A stretch of 30,008 bases of DNA. It comes from a virus. Lineage: Duplodnaviria; Caudoviricetes. How positions within the stretch are numbered: the stretch's first letter is position 1; every line of letters starts with the position of its first letter. The notes beneath the pieces were generated by a model. The model had not been told where the DNA came from, searched no databases, and saw only the letters and a program-made list of their open reading frames with translations. Made by a program: the position numbers and the translations under genes. This document shows, piece after piece, positions 17,359 to 27,479 of the stretch. The stretch covers positions 1-30,008 of IMG/VR virus record IMGVR_UViG_3300025671_000342, one strand, 5' to 3'.

Positions 17359-17805
17359 ATGCAAGAAATGAAACCACCTGTTCCGCCTTGGGCGATGGAT
17401 GAAAACCGAATTGACATTAACCTAATTGCTATGTTGTTGTGGCAATCATTGTTGGTCGGCACTGCTGTTGGGGTATCACACTTGGGGTGGTATTTGCCTG
17501 ATGCGAGTGCGGGCGAATTGGGGCTTCAATTTGGTTTGATTTGTTTTGGATTTTTGTGCCTTTCAATGGTTCTGTTTCATGTGGGCGGGCTTCGGGATAG
17601 CCTCGCCATGCGTGCGGAATTCGCTCAAGAATCCCGCTATGACAAGTGGCAAACACAACAGGCTCGCCTTCAAGCACGAAGAATGCGAAAATATACGGGG
17701 GGCAATCAGGATTTTTACAACGGCAATTACGGGCAACAGCAATCAACCACATTTACCGTTCCCGTTCAAACCGAAGAGTCCAAAAAAGAACCTGAACAGC
17801 AATAA
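17359..17805 (+). CDS. Membrane protein with two predicted TM helices
   Basis: GGAGG SD; hydrophobic segments INLIAMLLWQSLLVGTAVGV and LGLQFGLICFGFLCLSMVLF. Confidence 0.8.
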   Translation: MQEMKPPVPPWAMDENRIDINLIAMLLWQSLLVGTAVGVSHLGWYLPDASAGELGLQFGLICFGFLCLSMVLFHVGGLRDSLAMRAEFAQESRYDKWQTQQARLQARRMRKYTGGNQDFYNGNYGQQQSTTFTVPVQTEESKKEPEQQ

Positions 17806-17818
17806 CTGAGGCATTGTC

Positions 17819-18043
17819 ATGGCTTGGCCGTTTAACACGCAACAAGAAAGACAGGCGGAAGCGATGGCGAGCATCCTCGCTGAAAATGCCTATGAGCGAA
17901 GGCTTGAGCGCATGACTTGGACAATCAAAGCAATTCTCGCCTTCTTGGTTGGTGCTTCGCTTTCGTTTCTTGTAATGGTCGGACTTGATGCGTTTTGGCA
18001 AATCACACCAACATCCGTATGGGAATGGATGTTTGGTGCGTGA
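17819..18043 (+). CDS. Small single-TM membrane protein
   Basis: AILAFLVGASLSFLVMVGL; in operon. Confidence 0.75.
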   Translation: MAWPFNTQQERQAEAMASILAENAYERRLERMTWTIKAILAFLVGASLSFLVMVGLDAFWQITPTSVWEWMFGA

Positions 18044-18048
18044 TTTGA

Positions 18049-18777
18049 ATGTCATCGTGGATGTTTGTTGGGCATCTGTTGCTTGGTTCAGCCCAATTGG
18101 GATCATACATTTACAGAATCCTAAAACCCCACAAATTTGGGGTTTATGGCCCATCTATGTCGGGTAAAACGACTTTAGACCAATACCTCACAGTGCCGGG
18201 CGACATTGAGCCGATACCGTTAGCACTCCGCACAACACACGCCATGAAGCATGGGCAATTTACCATGCCTCACACAACAAAAAAACAGGTGAGATGGAAC
18301 GGTGAAAAAATTCCCATTTCAACCGCTGATTTTGGCGGTCAAGCACGCTATTGGAATATGTGGGCTGAGGACATGGTTGGGCGCAATATCAGCATTGTTT
18401 TCTATGTCGTTGATCACCGAATCCTACAATCCCAATACCTGTTGGGAGAAGCCGTTGGGGGTTTGAAATACCTTGTGGACATTATGACGAACACCAAATA
18501 CCCAAAGTCCTTCAATCGCTATTTGAAGAAAAAGGCGAAAATTTTCAAACCAAAAGTCGTGTGCTTGTTGGTGAACAAAATGGATTTGTGGTGGGATATT
18601 GATTCTCAAAGGATGTGGGATGAAGGCATGAAGCGACAACACCCTTTTGTGTTGCCTTTTCAAGAGGAAATGAGGCGTTTGCGTAAAGCGGGAATTGCTA
18701 CGAATGTTGAGGCTATGTCAGCCCAATATGGATTGAATGTTGAGCGTGCTATTTATGACACGGTTCAAATGTTGTGA
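18049..18777 (+). CDS. Ras-superfamily (Arf/Sar-like) small GTPase
   Basis: G1 GPSMSGKTT, G3 DFGGQ...W, VFYVVD, G4 LLVNKMD, G5 MSAQ; hydrophobic N-terminal helix. Confidence 0.85.
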   Translation: MSSWMFVGHLLLGSAQLGSYIYRILKPHKFGVYGPSMSGKTTLDQYLTVPGDIEPIPLALRTTHAMKHGQFTMPHTTKKQVRWNGEKIPISTADFGGQARYWNMWAEDMVGRNISIVFYVVDHRILQSQYLLGEAVGGLKYLVDIMTNTKYPKSFNRYLKKKAKIFKPKVVCLLVNKMDLWWDIDSQRMWDEGMKRQHPFVLPFQEEMRRLRKAGIATNVEAMSAQYGLNVERAIYDTVQML

Positions 18778-18810
18778 GGGGGAAACCATTTTGAATATGT
18801 TAGGACTCAC

Positions 18811-19734
18811 ATGGTTCGGAGGGAGTCTATGCGTATGAACCCATTCGCTCGTGGCGGGATGTCGCTCAACGGCTTATCGGATGGCGATTTGAGAACCCTT
18901 TCATCCCAAACGGGGATTGCCTTTGAATTTCTCAAAGCACAACAACGGGCTGAAATGGCTTCATCAGGGTCACAGGGTGCAGGTATGGATCAAGAAATTG
19001 TCATTCCTACGGTTGAAATCAAATTGATTACCAACCCCAAAAATCCTGTAAAGGCACGAAAGAAAAACATCAAAATGCTTCGCAAGGCTCTCCGACCACC
19101 AAATTACAATTTGGGTTTATTCAAGGTGTATCGCTACAATGCGGCACACGAGTGCGCCTGTTGTGGTGTGGATGTGAGGCGTTTCCTTGAGGGGGATAAT
19201 GCTTATCACCACATTAACGATGAGCGAACAGGATTGTCATTGGCTGACATTTATTGGTTTGATGAGGACACTCAACAAGCACGAAAGCCTCATGCACGCA
19301 CGCATGGCGATCACGGGGATGAAATGTCAAGCACGCTTTGCCCTGCACATTTGCACATTTACCACACCCTTCGGTGCATGATTGAAGAACACACTCTTGA
19401 AGAAGAAGGATTCTCAAAGGTATCAAAGGGAACGCGCTTCATGCGTGTGCCGGGCTTTTCGGGGTCGTCAAAGGCACAGAACCGTTCAACCCCTGAATCA
19501 TTGTTGAAATACGCTGAATTTTTCAACATGATTCAACAAGACGCACAACATTCAAAGGGAGTGACTTTAACCCAACATCCTAATCCTGTTTCGGGTGTAG
19601 CGGATTTGGTGACGGTGACTTTTGATTTGCGAGCCTTACAAATGGAACAAATTGCTCAACAACAGCAAATGGTGGGCATCACACCACAACAAGTGAATAC
19701 AGCGATGATGCAGGAAAAAATGGTCGCACAATAG
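18811..19734 (+). CDS. Hypothetical protein with Cys/His motifs (possible Zn finger)
   Basis: Long ORF; HECACC...LCPAHLHIYH; alternative start 18829 after GGAGG. Confidence 0.75.
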   Translation: MVRRESMRMNPFARGGMSLNGLSDGDLRTLSSQTGIAFEFLKAQQRAEMASSGSQGAGMDQEIVIPTVEIKLITNPKNPVKARKKNIKMLRKALRPPNYNLGLFKVYRYNAAHECACCGVDVRRFLEGDNAYHHINDERTGLSLADIYWFDEDTQQARKPHARTHGDHGDEMSSTLCPAHLHIYHTLRCMIEEHTLEEEGFSKVSKGTRFMRVPGFSGSSKAQNRSTPESLLKYAEFFNMIQQDAQHSKGVTLTQHPNPVSGVADLVTVTFDLRALQMEQIAQQQQMVGITPQQVNTAMMQEKMVAQ

Positions 19735-19742
19735 GTGATAAT

Positions 19743-20393
<651 letters not shown>

Positions 20394-20403
20394 GGTGTGA
20401 TAA

Positions 20404-20652
20404 ATGGCGGAAGAACGAAACAAAGAGGCTGAAATCAATTGGGCGAGTGCGAGTGTCAATTTGCTAAGCCCGCAAAAAATGCTCGTTGAAAGTGCAACCA
20501 TGATCTTCATCATTTCATTTATCCTTGTGGGATTTTTGATTATGGTGTGGAAAGGCCCTGAAATGTCCACGAGTCAAATCATGGGCTTTTTCTTTGGAAT
20601 GTTATTCACTTTCACGGTGGCTGTGCGTCAATATTCTTCCTTTCGGTATTGA
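20404..20652 (+). CDS. Small membrane protein with two TM helices
   Basis: GAGGTG SD; MIFIISFILVGFLIMVW and IMGFFFGMLFTFTVAV. Confidence 0.8.
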   Translation: MAEERNKEAEINWASASVNLLSPQKMLVESATMIFIISFILVGFLIMVWKGPEMSTSQIMGFFFGMLFTFTVAVRQYSSFRY

Positions 20653-20848
20653 GGCGAACAGGAGTCAATGGCAACCTCAAACGGTGGAACAGCCTCTAAA
20701 ATCCCAACCACTACAAGAAAAGGTCGTTGTCAAAAAGGAATTCCTTGATAGTGACCGTTGTAAAGGCGTGACAAGGGCGGGTGAGCCGTGTCGTAAAGAG
20801 GCTATCCATAATGGATATTGCTATCACCATCGGCAACCAAATAAATGA
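20645..20848 (+). CDS. C3H Zn-finger coding segment; start unclear (possible +1 frameshift extension of the previous gene, or GTG 20684)
   Basis: RCKGVTRAGEPCRKEAIHNGYCYHH (C-x3-T-x2-G-x2-C...C-x2-H). Confidence 0.55.
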   Translation, partial: GIEANRSQWQPQTVEQPLKSQPLQEKVVVKKEFLDSDRCKGVTRAGEPCRKEAIHNGYCYHHRQPNK

Positions 20849-20867
20849 GAATGCCTTCGCATAAAGC

Positions 20868-21578
20868 ATGGTGGGTCGTCAGACAAGGCGCAATTGCCCT
20901 TTCTGTTTGCATCCAAGTCGTGACATGATGGAACAAAACATCCGCATTGGGCTGATTGATGTTCAAGACATGGATCGTAATCAGGATTGGGCCGAAGGAA
21001 CGGCTCACAGGCACATGAGGCGACATTCGGGAGAATACCACAACAACAGCAATAGCGATTGCCCCCTTTGCACACACCCTGAGCGAGCCAACATTGAAGT
21101 CGCCATCCTTGAGCGTTTGATTGACATAGACCAAATGGCTGAGGATTTGGAGGTTTCTTCAAGTGCTTTATCACACCACATGGAAAATCACACTCAGCCT
21201 GTCATTCAACGACAGGCGGCAATTGAAGCGTTGCCAATGGCTATCACAAGCGTGGCCGATGCAATCCGCCAAACCGATAATAACCTTCAACGCTTGAATG
21301 GCTTGTTCAACGATCACCTCAATTTGATGCAAGCGGAACGAGAAGAAACAGGAATGCTTGACTACAAAGGATTGGATGCGGCGGTGAAATTGCATCGTGA
21401 AGTCCGTGATACGCTTGGCGACTTGGCGAAACACCTAAGCACAGCCGAGAACATTGAAAATTCACAACAGGTTAATGTGCTGACCGTTATACAGGCTCAC
21501 TTTAGCGAGAAGTCGCCTGACGAATGGCGAATGATGCGAAAGGCTTTGGCTGATGCGGGGGTGCTTGGTGATGAATAA
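20868..21578 (+). CDS. Duplicated Zn/HTH-like DNA-binding protein with coiled coil; terminase small subunit candidate
   Basis: Two repeats CP(F/L)CxHPxR...HMxxH followed by long helices; terS role inferred from architecture only. Confidence 0.55.
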   Translation: MVGRQTRRNCPFCLHPSRDMMEQNIRIGLIDVQDMDRNQDWAEGTAHRHMRRHSGEYHNNSNSDCPLCTHPERANIEVAILERLIDIDQMAEDLEVSSSALSHHMENHTQPVIQRQAAIEALPMAITSVADAIRQTDNNLQRLNGLFNDHLNLMQAEREETGMLDYKGLDAAVKLHREVRDTLGDLAKHLSTAENIENSQQVNVLTVIQAHFSEKSPDEWRMMRKALADAGVLGDE

Positions 21579-21999
21579 TAGGGATAGAGATTATCAAACG
21601 ATTCCTGCCCTCATGTTAAAAAACACGGAATATGGGTCGCTCTTGGAAACCCCAAGCAACATCGTGTCCATAGAACAAACCTCCACGCTTTGTGACGCAT
21701 TGGAAGAAACGGTGCGTTTGTGGGAAAAGGGATTGGATGCCTTTGGCATGGAAACCCACACAACATATGCGGAAGAGGCATACGGGGCAATTATCGTCAT
21801 GCGTATGGCTTTCAGCGATTTAGCACAACCTTTGCCGATGGTTTCACGAAAAGAGGCTGATGATTTGCTTAAAGCAATTGATGAAGCCTTCAAGCCGATG
21901 GTGCGTTCCTATTCGGCTACACCGAAATTAGCCAAGTGGTATTCCTCGTTGCCCTTGAAAGTGGCGGCAACCTACAACAAATTTAGGGGGCAACGATGA
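21571..21999 (+). CDS. Hypothetical helical protein
   Basis: Overlaps upstream and downstream genes; start reset to MNNRDRD. Confidence 0.75.
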   Translation: MNNRDRDYQTIPALMLKNTEYGSLLETPSNIVSIEQTSTLCDALEETVRLWEKGLDAFGMETHTTYAEEAYGAIIVMRMAFSDLAQPLPMVSRKEADDLLKAIDEAFKPMVRSYSATPKLAKWYSSLPLKVAATYNKFRGQR

Positions 22000-22466
22000 T
22001 GATGGCAATTGGTGATGGGGCATTTTTGGTTGGATGGGAATTCGCCAAAGAGGATCCGTGTTGGGATGGCTACGAACAAGTGGGCATGAAAACCAAGCGG
22101 GGCAAAAAAGTCCCGAATTGTGTGCCAAGTGACACAAAAAAATCAGCGTGTGATTGTGACACCTGCGACACATTGGCGAAGGCGTTGTTGAGCAAAGAGT
22201 CCGATAAGCCGTTTCACGGCTACAACCCCAATCGCCACAGTCGTGAAGGTGGATTGAACGCAAAAGGGCGTGCAAAATTCAAGCGTGAAGAAGGCGCAAA
22301 CCTAAAACCGCCTGTCACTGAAAAACCATCAACACTCAAACCCGGTTCAAAGAAAGCCAAGAGGCGAAAGTCCTTTTGCGCTCGGATGGGCGGGGTGAAA
22401 GGGCCAACGAGCAAAGGTGGTAAATTGACACCAAAGGGTGCGGCACTCAAGAGGTGGAATTGTTGA
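21996..22466 (+). CDS. Tagged basic protein with phage CWxGY...VPNCVP and KRRKSFCARM (DUF6321-like) modules
   Basis: GAFLVGWEFAK tag; DPCWDGYEQVGMKTKRGKKVPNCVP; GGLNAKGRA...KRRKSFCARMGG...ALKRWNC. Confidence 0.75.
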   Translation: MMMAIGDGAFLVGWEFAKEDPCWDGYEQVGMKTKRGKKVPNCVPSDTKKSACDCDTCDTLAKALLSKESDKPFHGYNPNRHSREGGLNAKGRAKFKREEGANLKPPVTEKPSTLKPGSKKAKRRKSFCARMGGVKGPTSKGGKLTPKGAALKRWNC

Positions 22467-23092
22467 AGCGTGAGTCATGTTGTTGTGGGGCTACAAAGTC
22501 AAGCCCATGCGCGTGTATGAAAAAGGGCGTAATGAATTGCTCTAAGAGTGAGCCAAAATGCCCCTGCTATAAAGACAAGGATTTGAAGAAATCCGTTGAA
22601 AAAAAACGGTTCATAACCTACCCAACCTGCGCTCATTCTATGTGCTTGGCTAAGGTTGATGCACAAGGACAATATTGCGCGAGCCATCAAGGAATGGCTA
22701 AGGCGTTTGCTATGGGTTGGTCTTTGGTAAAAAATGAGCCAAGACCCGTTTCCGATCACGAATGCCCCGAATGTAATGGGCGTGGTTTGATTATTCAAGA
22801 AGAAAACGGGCGATTGAATTTCGCTTGTGGGGAATGTGGCTACATGGAACGCATCAAGGATTTGGACATTGAGGGCATGGAGAATTTGCACACCACAGGT
22901 GGTGATTGTCCTCTTTGCGGTCAAGACATTGGTGATGTGACAATAGACACATATAGCGATTTTGACCGTTATGGGCCTAACATTGATGAAGCCTATCAAG
23001 AGCGTGATTTTGATATTGAGCCTCTTGACTACGATAAATTAACAGAAGGCAAGGAAGAATGTCCGTTTTGCTCTAAACCTATCAATCATTGA
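22454..23092 (+). CDS. Cys-rich multi-Zn-ribbon protein with internal tag
   Basis: CCCG...CAC...CPC; KAFAMGWSLVK; CPEC, CGEC, CPLC, CPFC; start may be TTG 22463. Confidence 0.75.
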   Translation: MELLKRESCCCGATKSSPCACMKKGVMNCSKSEPKCPCYKDKDLKKSVEKKRFITYPTCAHSMCLAKVDAQGQYCASHQGMAKAFAMGWSLVKNEPRPVSDHECPECNGRGLIIQEENGRLNFACGECGYMERIKDLDIEGMENLHTTGGDCPLCGQDIGDVTIDTYSDFDRYGPNIDEAYQERDFDIEPLDYDKLTEGKEECPFCSKPINH

Positions 23093-23101
23093 GGTGACAC
23101 C

Positions 23102-24796
23102 ATGCCCGTAGCCAACCCCCGAAGAAATGTGAATGAAGAATCCATACGGGTTCAAGAATTCACAGGGGGCTTCAATGGGCGCGAAATGATGGGCGACTAT
23201 GATGTGAACCCAAATGAGGATGCTGATGGCTTGGCTCATCATAGCCGTGAAGGTGGAGAATCACAATCGTTCCGCGATCAGTTAAGTCCGATGAAACGGA
23301 GGGAAAAGGCACTCAAGGAAATGGAGGGTGATTTGCCTCACATTTCAATTAAGCCTGAAGAAATTGCTGATACGCTCGCATCAACACCTCAAACCAAAGA
23401 CGAGGATATGCTCGCTGAGGCACGCACAGGCGTGGACATGGGTTTGCCCGGTGGTTTGTCAGCAAGCACAGGGGCGCAAATCAGTCCTGTCATGCGTGAA
23501 GGGCCGGGTTTGCTCTTTGGTCGTAGCCACGACATTTTTGAAAATGTTTGGGGGTCTATCATCAAAATCACACCCGAAGAAGGAAAGGACTTTGCTCACG
23601 AACAATTGATTGGGGATTTACAGGAAGAGGGAGAGCGACAATGGAGAGAAGGTGTGCCTTTTGCTTCGGCTTCGGCGGCAAAAATTGTCCCTGAACCCGA
23701 CAATCCAAACATGGGAAGATTGACAGGAGGCAAAATATCGGCAGGTATTGACCTTGAAGATCTGCCCGACAACATTGAGGATATGCGTGCATTCTTGGAA
23801 CAATTGCCCAATGAAGCCAAGACTGTCATGGATGAATTTAGGCGAGGGGGCGGATTTGCGCGTGACGATGTGAGAATGTTTTTCCCCACACCTCCCGATT
23901 CAATTATTGATGATGAAAGTCGTGGTGATGTCACAGGCTTACCACACCTCATGGAACAGGTGTGGCAGGAAAAGAACGCATCCGCTGACCCATTATTGAC
24001 CTCCGACATTATCAAAGCCCGACGAAAAAAAAAGGGTCGCAAATATGATGAGGATGAAGAATCCGATGAGGATGAGCGTAAATCCAAAGGCAAAAAGAAG
24101 CGTGAACGAAAGCGTGAAATGAAGCGGGGCAAAAAAGAAGCGAGCCGTGACATCAAAGGTAAAACGGCACGAAGGGCGGCATCGGCTGAACAGAACATTG
24201 ACCGTGAAACCAAGCGTCAAGCATTCAGCGAGCGAAGGATGTTTTCAGGCAATCCTCGTGCGGCAGGTATTCCGCTACGCCTTCGCGATCCAATTGCCTA
24301 TCAACGAAAATTGGCTAACGAAAAAATGCGAAGGCAACAGGGTGCTTTACCCCGTGACATTACCGTTCACCGTGACACTTCGGGTTTGCAGGGAAAAATC
24401 CAAACCATCGGTATGAATCCAAGTGGCACAAAGATGGGTGTTTCAGCACCAAAAGGAACAAGCCTAAGTCAATTCAAGCCGTCTAAAGGTGCTATGGCAA
24501 CGGGTTCATTGATGCACGACCCATTATCCGCCGAACCATTGATGAAAGCAAAGGGACTCACCCGTTTGGAAATTAACGACTTGAAACGCCAATTGGAAAA
24601 ATTGGTGAAAATCATTGAGGGTTTGAAAAAATCCCCTCCTGTGTTTGATGAAAACGCAAAGCGTGGCAATCAAGCGAGTCCTGAGCGAGCATCAGCACCG
24701 GGCGATGAAAGTCTTATGCGCGAAGAGGATAAATCGGCATATCGCTTTGGGGACACTTCTATTCCTTTGGTGACGGGTGTGGTGGGGAAGCGATGA
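23102..24796 (+). CDS. Large, largely disordered protein with internal tag and K/R-rich tract
   Basis: GAGGTGA SD; DIFENVWGSIIK; RRKKKGRK...KKKRERKREMKRGKK. Confidence 0.8.
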   Translation: MPVANPRRNVNEESIRVQEFTGGFNGREMMGDYDVNPNEDADGLAHHSREGGESQSFRDQLSPMKRREKALKEMEGDLPHISIKPEEIADTLASTPQTKDEDMLAEARTGVDMGLPGGLSASTGAQISPVMREGPGLLFGRSHDIFENVWGSIIKITPEEGKDFAHEQLIGDLQEEGERQWREGVPFASASAAKIVPEPDNPNMGRLTGGKISAGIDLEDLPDNIEDMRAFLEQLPNEAKTVMDEFRRGGGFARDDVRMFFPTPPDSIIDDESRGDVTGLPHLMEQVWQEKNASADPLLTSDIIKARRKKKGRKYDEDEESDEDERKSKGKKKRERKREMKRGKKEASRDIKGKTARRAASAEQNIDRETKRQAFSERRMFSGNPRAAGIPLRLRDPIAYQRKLANEKMRRQQGALPRDITVHRDTSGLQGKIQTIGMNPSGTKMGVSAPKGTSLSQFKPSKGAMATGSLMHDPLSAEPLMKAKGLTRLEINDLKRQLEKLVKIIEGLKKSPPVFDENAKRGNQASPERASAPGDESLMREEDKSAYRFGDTSIPLVTGVVGKR

Positions 24797-26640
24797 TTCT
24801 GTCAAGCAATCCTTGGGCTATTCTTGATACCTGTTTGATTATCAAGGGCGAGGGTCATTACGATTTCAATGCCCTCATAGACCAATTGGTTGGGATGACA
24901 GGACAAAACGGACTTGAAGCATTCCCACGACCAATGGATGACATTGGTGGTGGTTCACTATCAGGCGTTGAAGCGGATGCTGTTTGGGAGGCAATTTATC
25001 AAGGTGCTGTGGATGCAACCACTGCGGCAATTATCCATGCCGGGCCACAAGCGGGTCAAGAAGGGCTTTACCAACAGGCTGTGCAAAAAGCCATCAGTGC
25101 GGGGGCGGGAACGATTAACGCCGCCGTTAATTCTCAAAATCGCATTTGGGAAGCAAAGCGCGCTGAATTGCTCGCAACAGGCAAAGACCCAAGCAAAATC
25201 CCTGAACCATTACCTGCACCATTTGAAAGTGATATGGGAAGGACTGTGCTAAACAGTGAATGGCGTGAAGGTGTTTGGGGCGCGCAGAACAAAGACTCAC
25301 CGTGGGAATACGACCAATTTGGACAGCGTAAATTGCGAATCGGCAATCGCGATCAAGAAAACAAATTCGCTGAGTCGTGGAATCGCCCGTATCACGAGGG
25401 GCTTCAACAAATGCGTGGGGGGCGCAAAACACGAGAATACATTGAATCCCACCGTGTTCAACCCAACAGTGTGTTCATCACTCACGAAGCGAGCAAACAC
25501 ATTTACGACATGATGGACAATTTGGCTAAACAAGGCTACAATCGTGATAACCTCACGCCCGAAATGGTGAAGCAATTTTGGGCTTCCCATCCTGTTTTGG
25601 CTCAATATATGCCTCATCAAATGAGTCCACTATCACGCTCATACAACATCCGCAACACCTCGCCCCACCAACCTCAAGAAGCGGATGCGGCACAGGCGGC
25701 GGTTGAACAACAGAACCAAATGGCGAATGCGGGGCAATATGTCAATTACCTCCCTGACGACCATTGGCAAAGCAAACGGGGTGTCAGCCTTCTTGACCAA
25801 GCGAGGAACAATTTCGGTTATTACGGTCAGCAAATTTTTGGCAAATTCAAAGAGCATTATCAATTGCCCGATGACTTCACCTTTGACGATGCCATGCAAA
25901 TAGGTCAAGGGAAAAGGCGTGAGGATAGGTTGGTTGATGGGATTATTCGCTATATCAACCAACAGAATCCCGGCATTGTGCCTGAACATATCAAAGACCC
26001 CTCGCAATTGATTCGCCCCGATATGCGTGGCGCACAAGTGCCACAAGCACCGCCCGAACAACCTGCGGTGGAGAGGCAGGTGCAACCACAAGCACCTCCT
26101 GTTCGTGTTGAACAACCCGCACCGCCTGTGCCTGTGCAAGAACCGCCACCCGCACCACCCATTCACCAACCACCGCAACAACCACCGCATCCCCCGCAAC
26201 AGCGTCAGCCCGCTGTTCCTCCGCAAATGCCACCCGCCGACCTCAATGTTGATACACTAACGCAACCTCCCGAACAACAAGCGGAGATGAACCAAAAATA
26301 TCTGCCGGGTTGGAGAGGGATGAGCGAAAGACTTGCTGACGCGCTTGGAAGAGGTGCGGCGGGCTTTATGAACCTCATCGGCAAAGAGGAAATTGCTCAC
26401 GCTCTTGAACAAGTCCAACGAGAAATCGCACTCAATAATGATGTGATTGTCAAGTCAATGCCCACCCACACATTTTCATCACATAGCACAAACGATATAG
26501 GAGAGATGGCATCACGCTATAACATCCCTCCAACCGATGTTATCACGATTCTCAACAGTCGGGGTCATTGGGAGGAAATATCCAAATCAATGGGCGTGGA
26601 CTATGAATTGTTTCAATTGGTAAAGGTGGCATTTGAATGA
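24793..26640 (+). CDS. Large hypothetical protein with Pro/Gln-rich linker (putative virion-associated)
   Basis: 615-aa ORF; ATGA overlaps; PQ-rich tract at about 26030-26280. Confidence 0.8.
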   Translation: MILSSNPWAILDTCLIIKGEGHYDFNALIDQLVGMTGQNGLEAFPRPMDDIGGGSLSGVEADAVWEAIYQGAVDATTAAIIHAGPQAGQEGLYQQAVQKAISAGAGTINAAVNSQNRIWEAKRAELLATGKDPSKIPEPLPAPFESDMGRTVLNSEWREGVWGAQNKDSPWEYDQFGQRKLRIGNRDQENKFAESWNRPYHEGLQQMRGGRKTREYIESHRVQPNSVFITHEASKHIYDMMDNLAKQGYNRDNLTPEMVKQFWASHPVLAQYMPHQMSPLSRSYNIRNTSPHQPQEADAAQAAVEQQNQMANAGQYVNYLPDDHWQSKRGVSLLDQARNNFGYYGQQIFGKFKEHYQLPDDFTFDDAMQIGQGKRREDRLVDGIIRYINQQNPGIVPEHIKDPSQLIRPDMRGAQVPQAPPEQPAVERQVQPQAPPVRVEQPAPPVPVQEPPPAPPIHQPPQQPPHPPQQRQPAVPPQMPPADLNVDTLTQPPEQQAEMNQKYLPGWRGMSERLADALGRGAAGFMNLIGKEEIAHALEQVQREIALNNDVIVKSMPTHTFSSHSTNDIGEMASRYNIPPTDVITILNSRGHWEEISKSMGVDYELFQLVKVAFE

Positions 26641-27479
26641 ATAACAGAAGCATTGGTATTGACAGGCTCGCACGAGCGAGGATGATTCGTGAGCGCGAGG
26701 ATTTGGAAAAGGGTCTTGGGCAAATGATTGGCGACCAATATGCTAAATTCAAAGCAGGTCGCCAATATGGACAATTGGATCCGACTGAACAAGGACAAGT
26801 GGATGCTCAGGTTCAAGGATTGTCGCCCGGTGCTACGGGAGGAAAACAAGGCTATCAAAACGCAGTGTTGGCTCAACGAAAGGGATTGCGTAGCCAAAAC
26901 CAAGCCAATCAAATGGTTGGTGGTTTGATGCAAGGGCAACAACAATTACAACAGGCTGGAGGGCAAATGGGCGGGGGCGACAACGCCTACGCTCAACAGC
27001 ACGCCCAATTGCTCGCTCAACAGGCTCAAGGTAAGCCGAAAGCACAGGGTGGTTTTGGGTCATTTCAACAAAACCCTATGATGAACATAGCGTTGGGTGG
27101 AATACCCGGTGCGGTTCGTGGTGTCAGCAATTTCATGCAAAATCGTGCGGCCAACAAACAACAGCAACAGGCTATGGGTCAATTAGCACAAATGGGACAG
27201 CAACCGCAACAGCCTCAAGCACCTGCACCACCTGCACCTGCGGGCGCACCACCTGCACCTCCCGCACCTGCCGCACCTGCGGGCGCGGCACGAGTGCCTT
27301 TGCCGGGTGCGGAAGAAGCACGAAGTGTGCCTTTGCCGGGTGCGGATGAAGAAGTCCCTAAGCCTACCGACCCCGACCCCACATTGGTGACAGCAAGCCG
27401 ACCATTTTGGAACATCGGTATGCTTGACTCCGCTGACCGTATTTACAAAGGCATGGATTACCTGCGATATAGGAAGTGA
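26637..27479 (+). CDS. Gln/Gly/Pro/Ala-rich low-complexity protein
   Basis: 280-aa ORF; Q-rich, PAPPAPAGA and VPLPGA repeats. Confidence 0.8.
   Translation: MNNRSIGIDRLARARMIREREDLEKGLGQMIGDQYAKFKAGRQYGQLDPTEQGQVDAQVQGLSPGATGGKQGYQNAVLAQRKGLRSQNQANQMVGGLMQGQQQLQQAGGQMGGGDNAYAQQHAQLLAQQAQGKPKAQGGFGSFQQNPMMNIALGGIPGAVRGVSNFMQNRAANKQQQQAMGQLAQMGQQPQQPQAPAPPAPAGAPPAPPAPAAPAGAARVPLPGAEEARSVPLPGADEEVPKPTDPDPTLVTASRPFWNIGMLDSADRIYKGMDYLRYRK
27294..27346 (+). repeat. 20-bp direct repeat GTGCCTTTGCCGGGTGCGGA (VPLPGA twice)
   Basis: Copies at 27294-27313 and 27327-27346. Confidence 0.85.

Noticed and set aside
20668-20748. 26-codon ORF after AGGAG (MATSNGG...)
   Set aside because: Very short, featureless and out of frame with the Zn-finger segment, though not fully excluded
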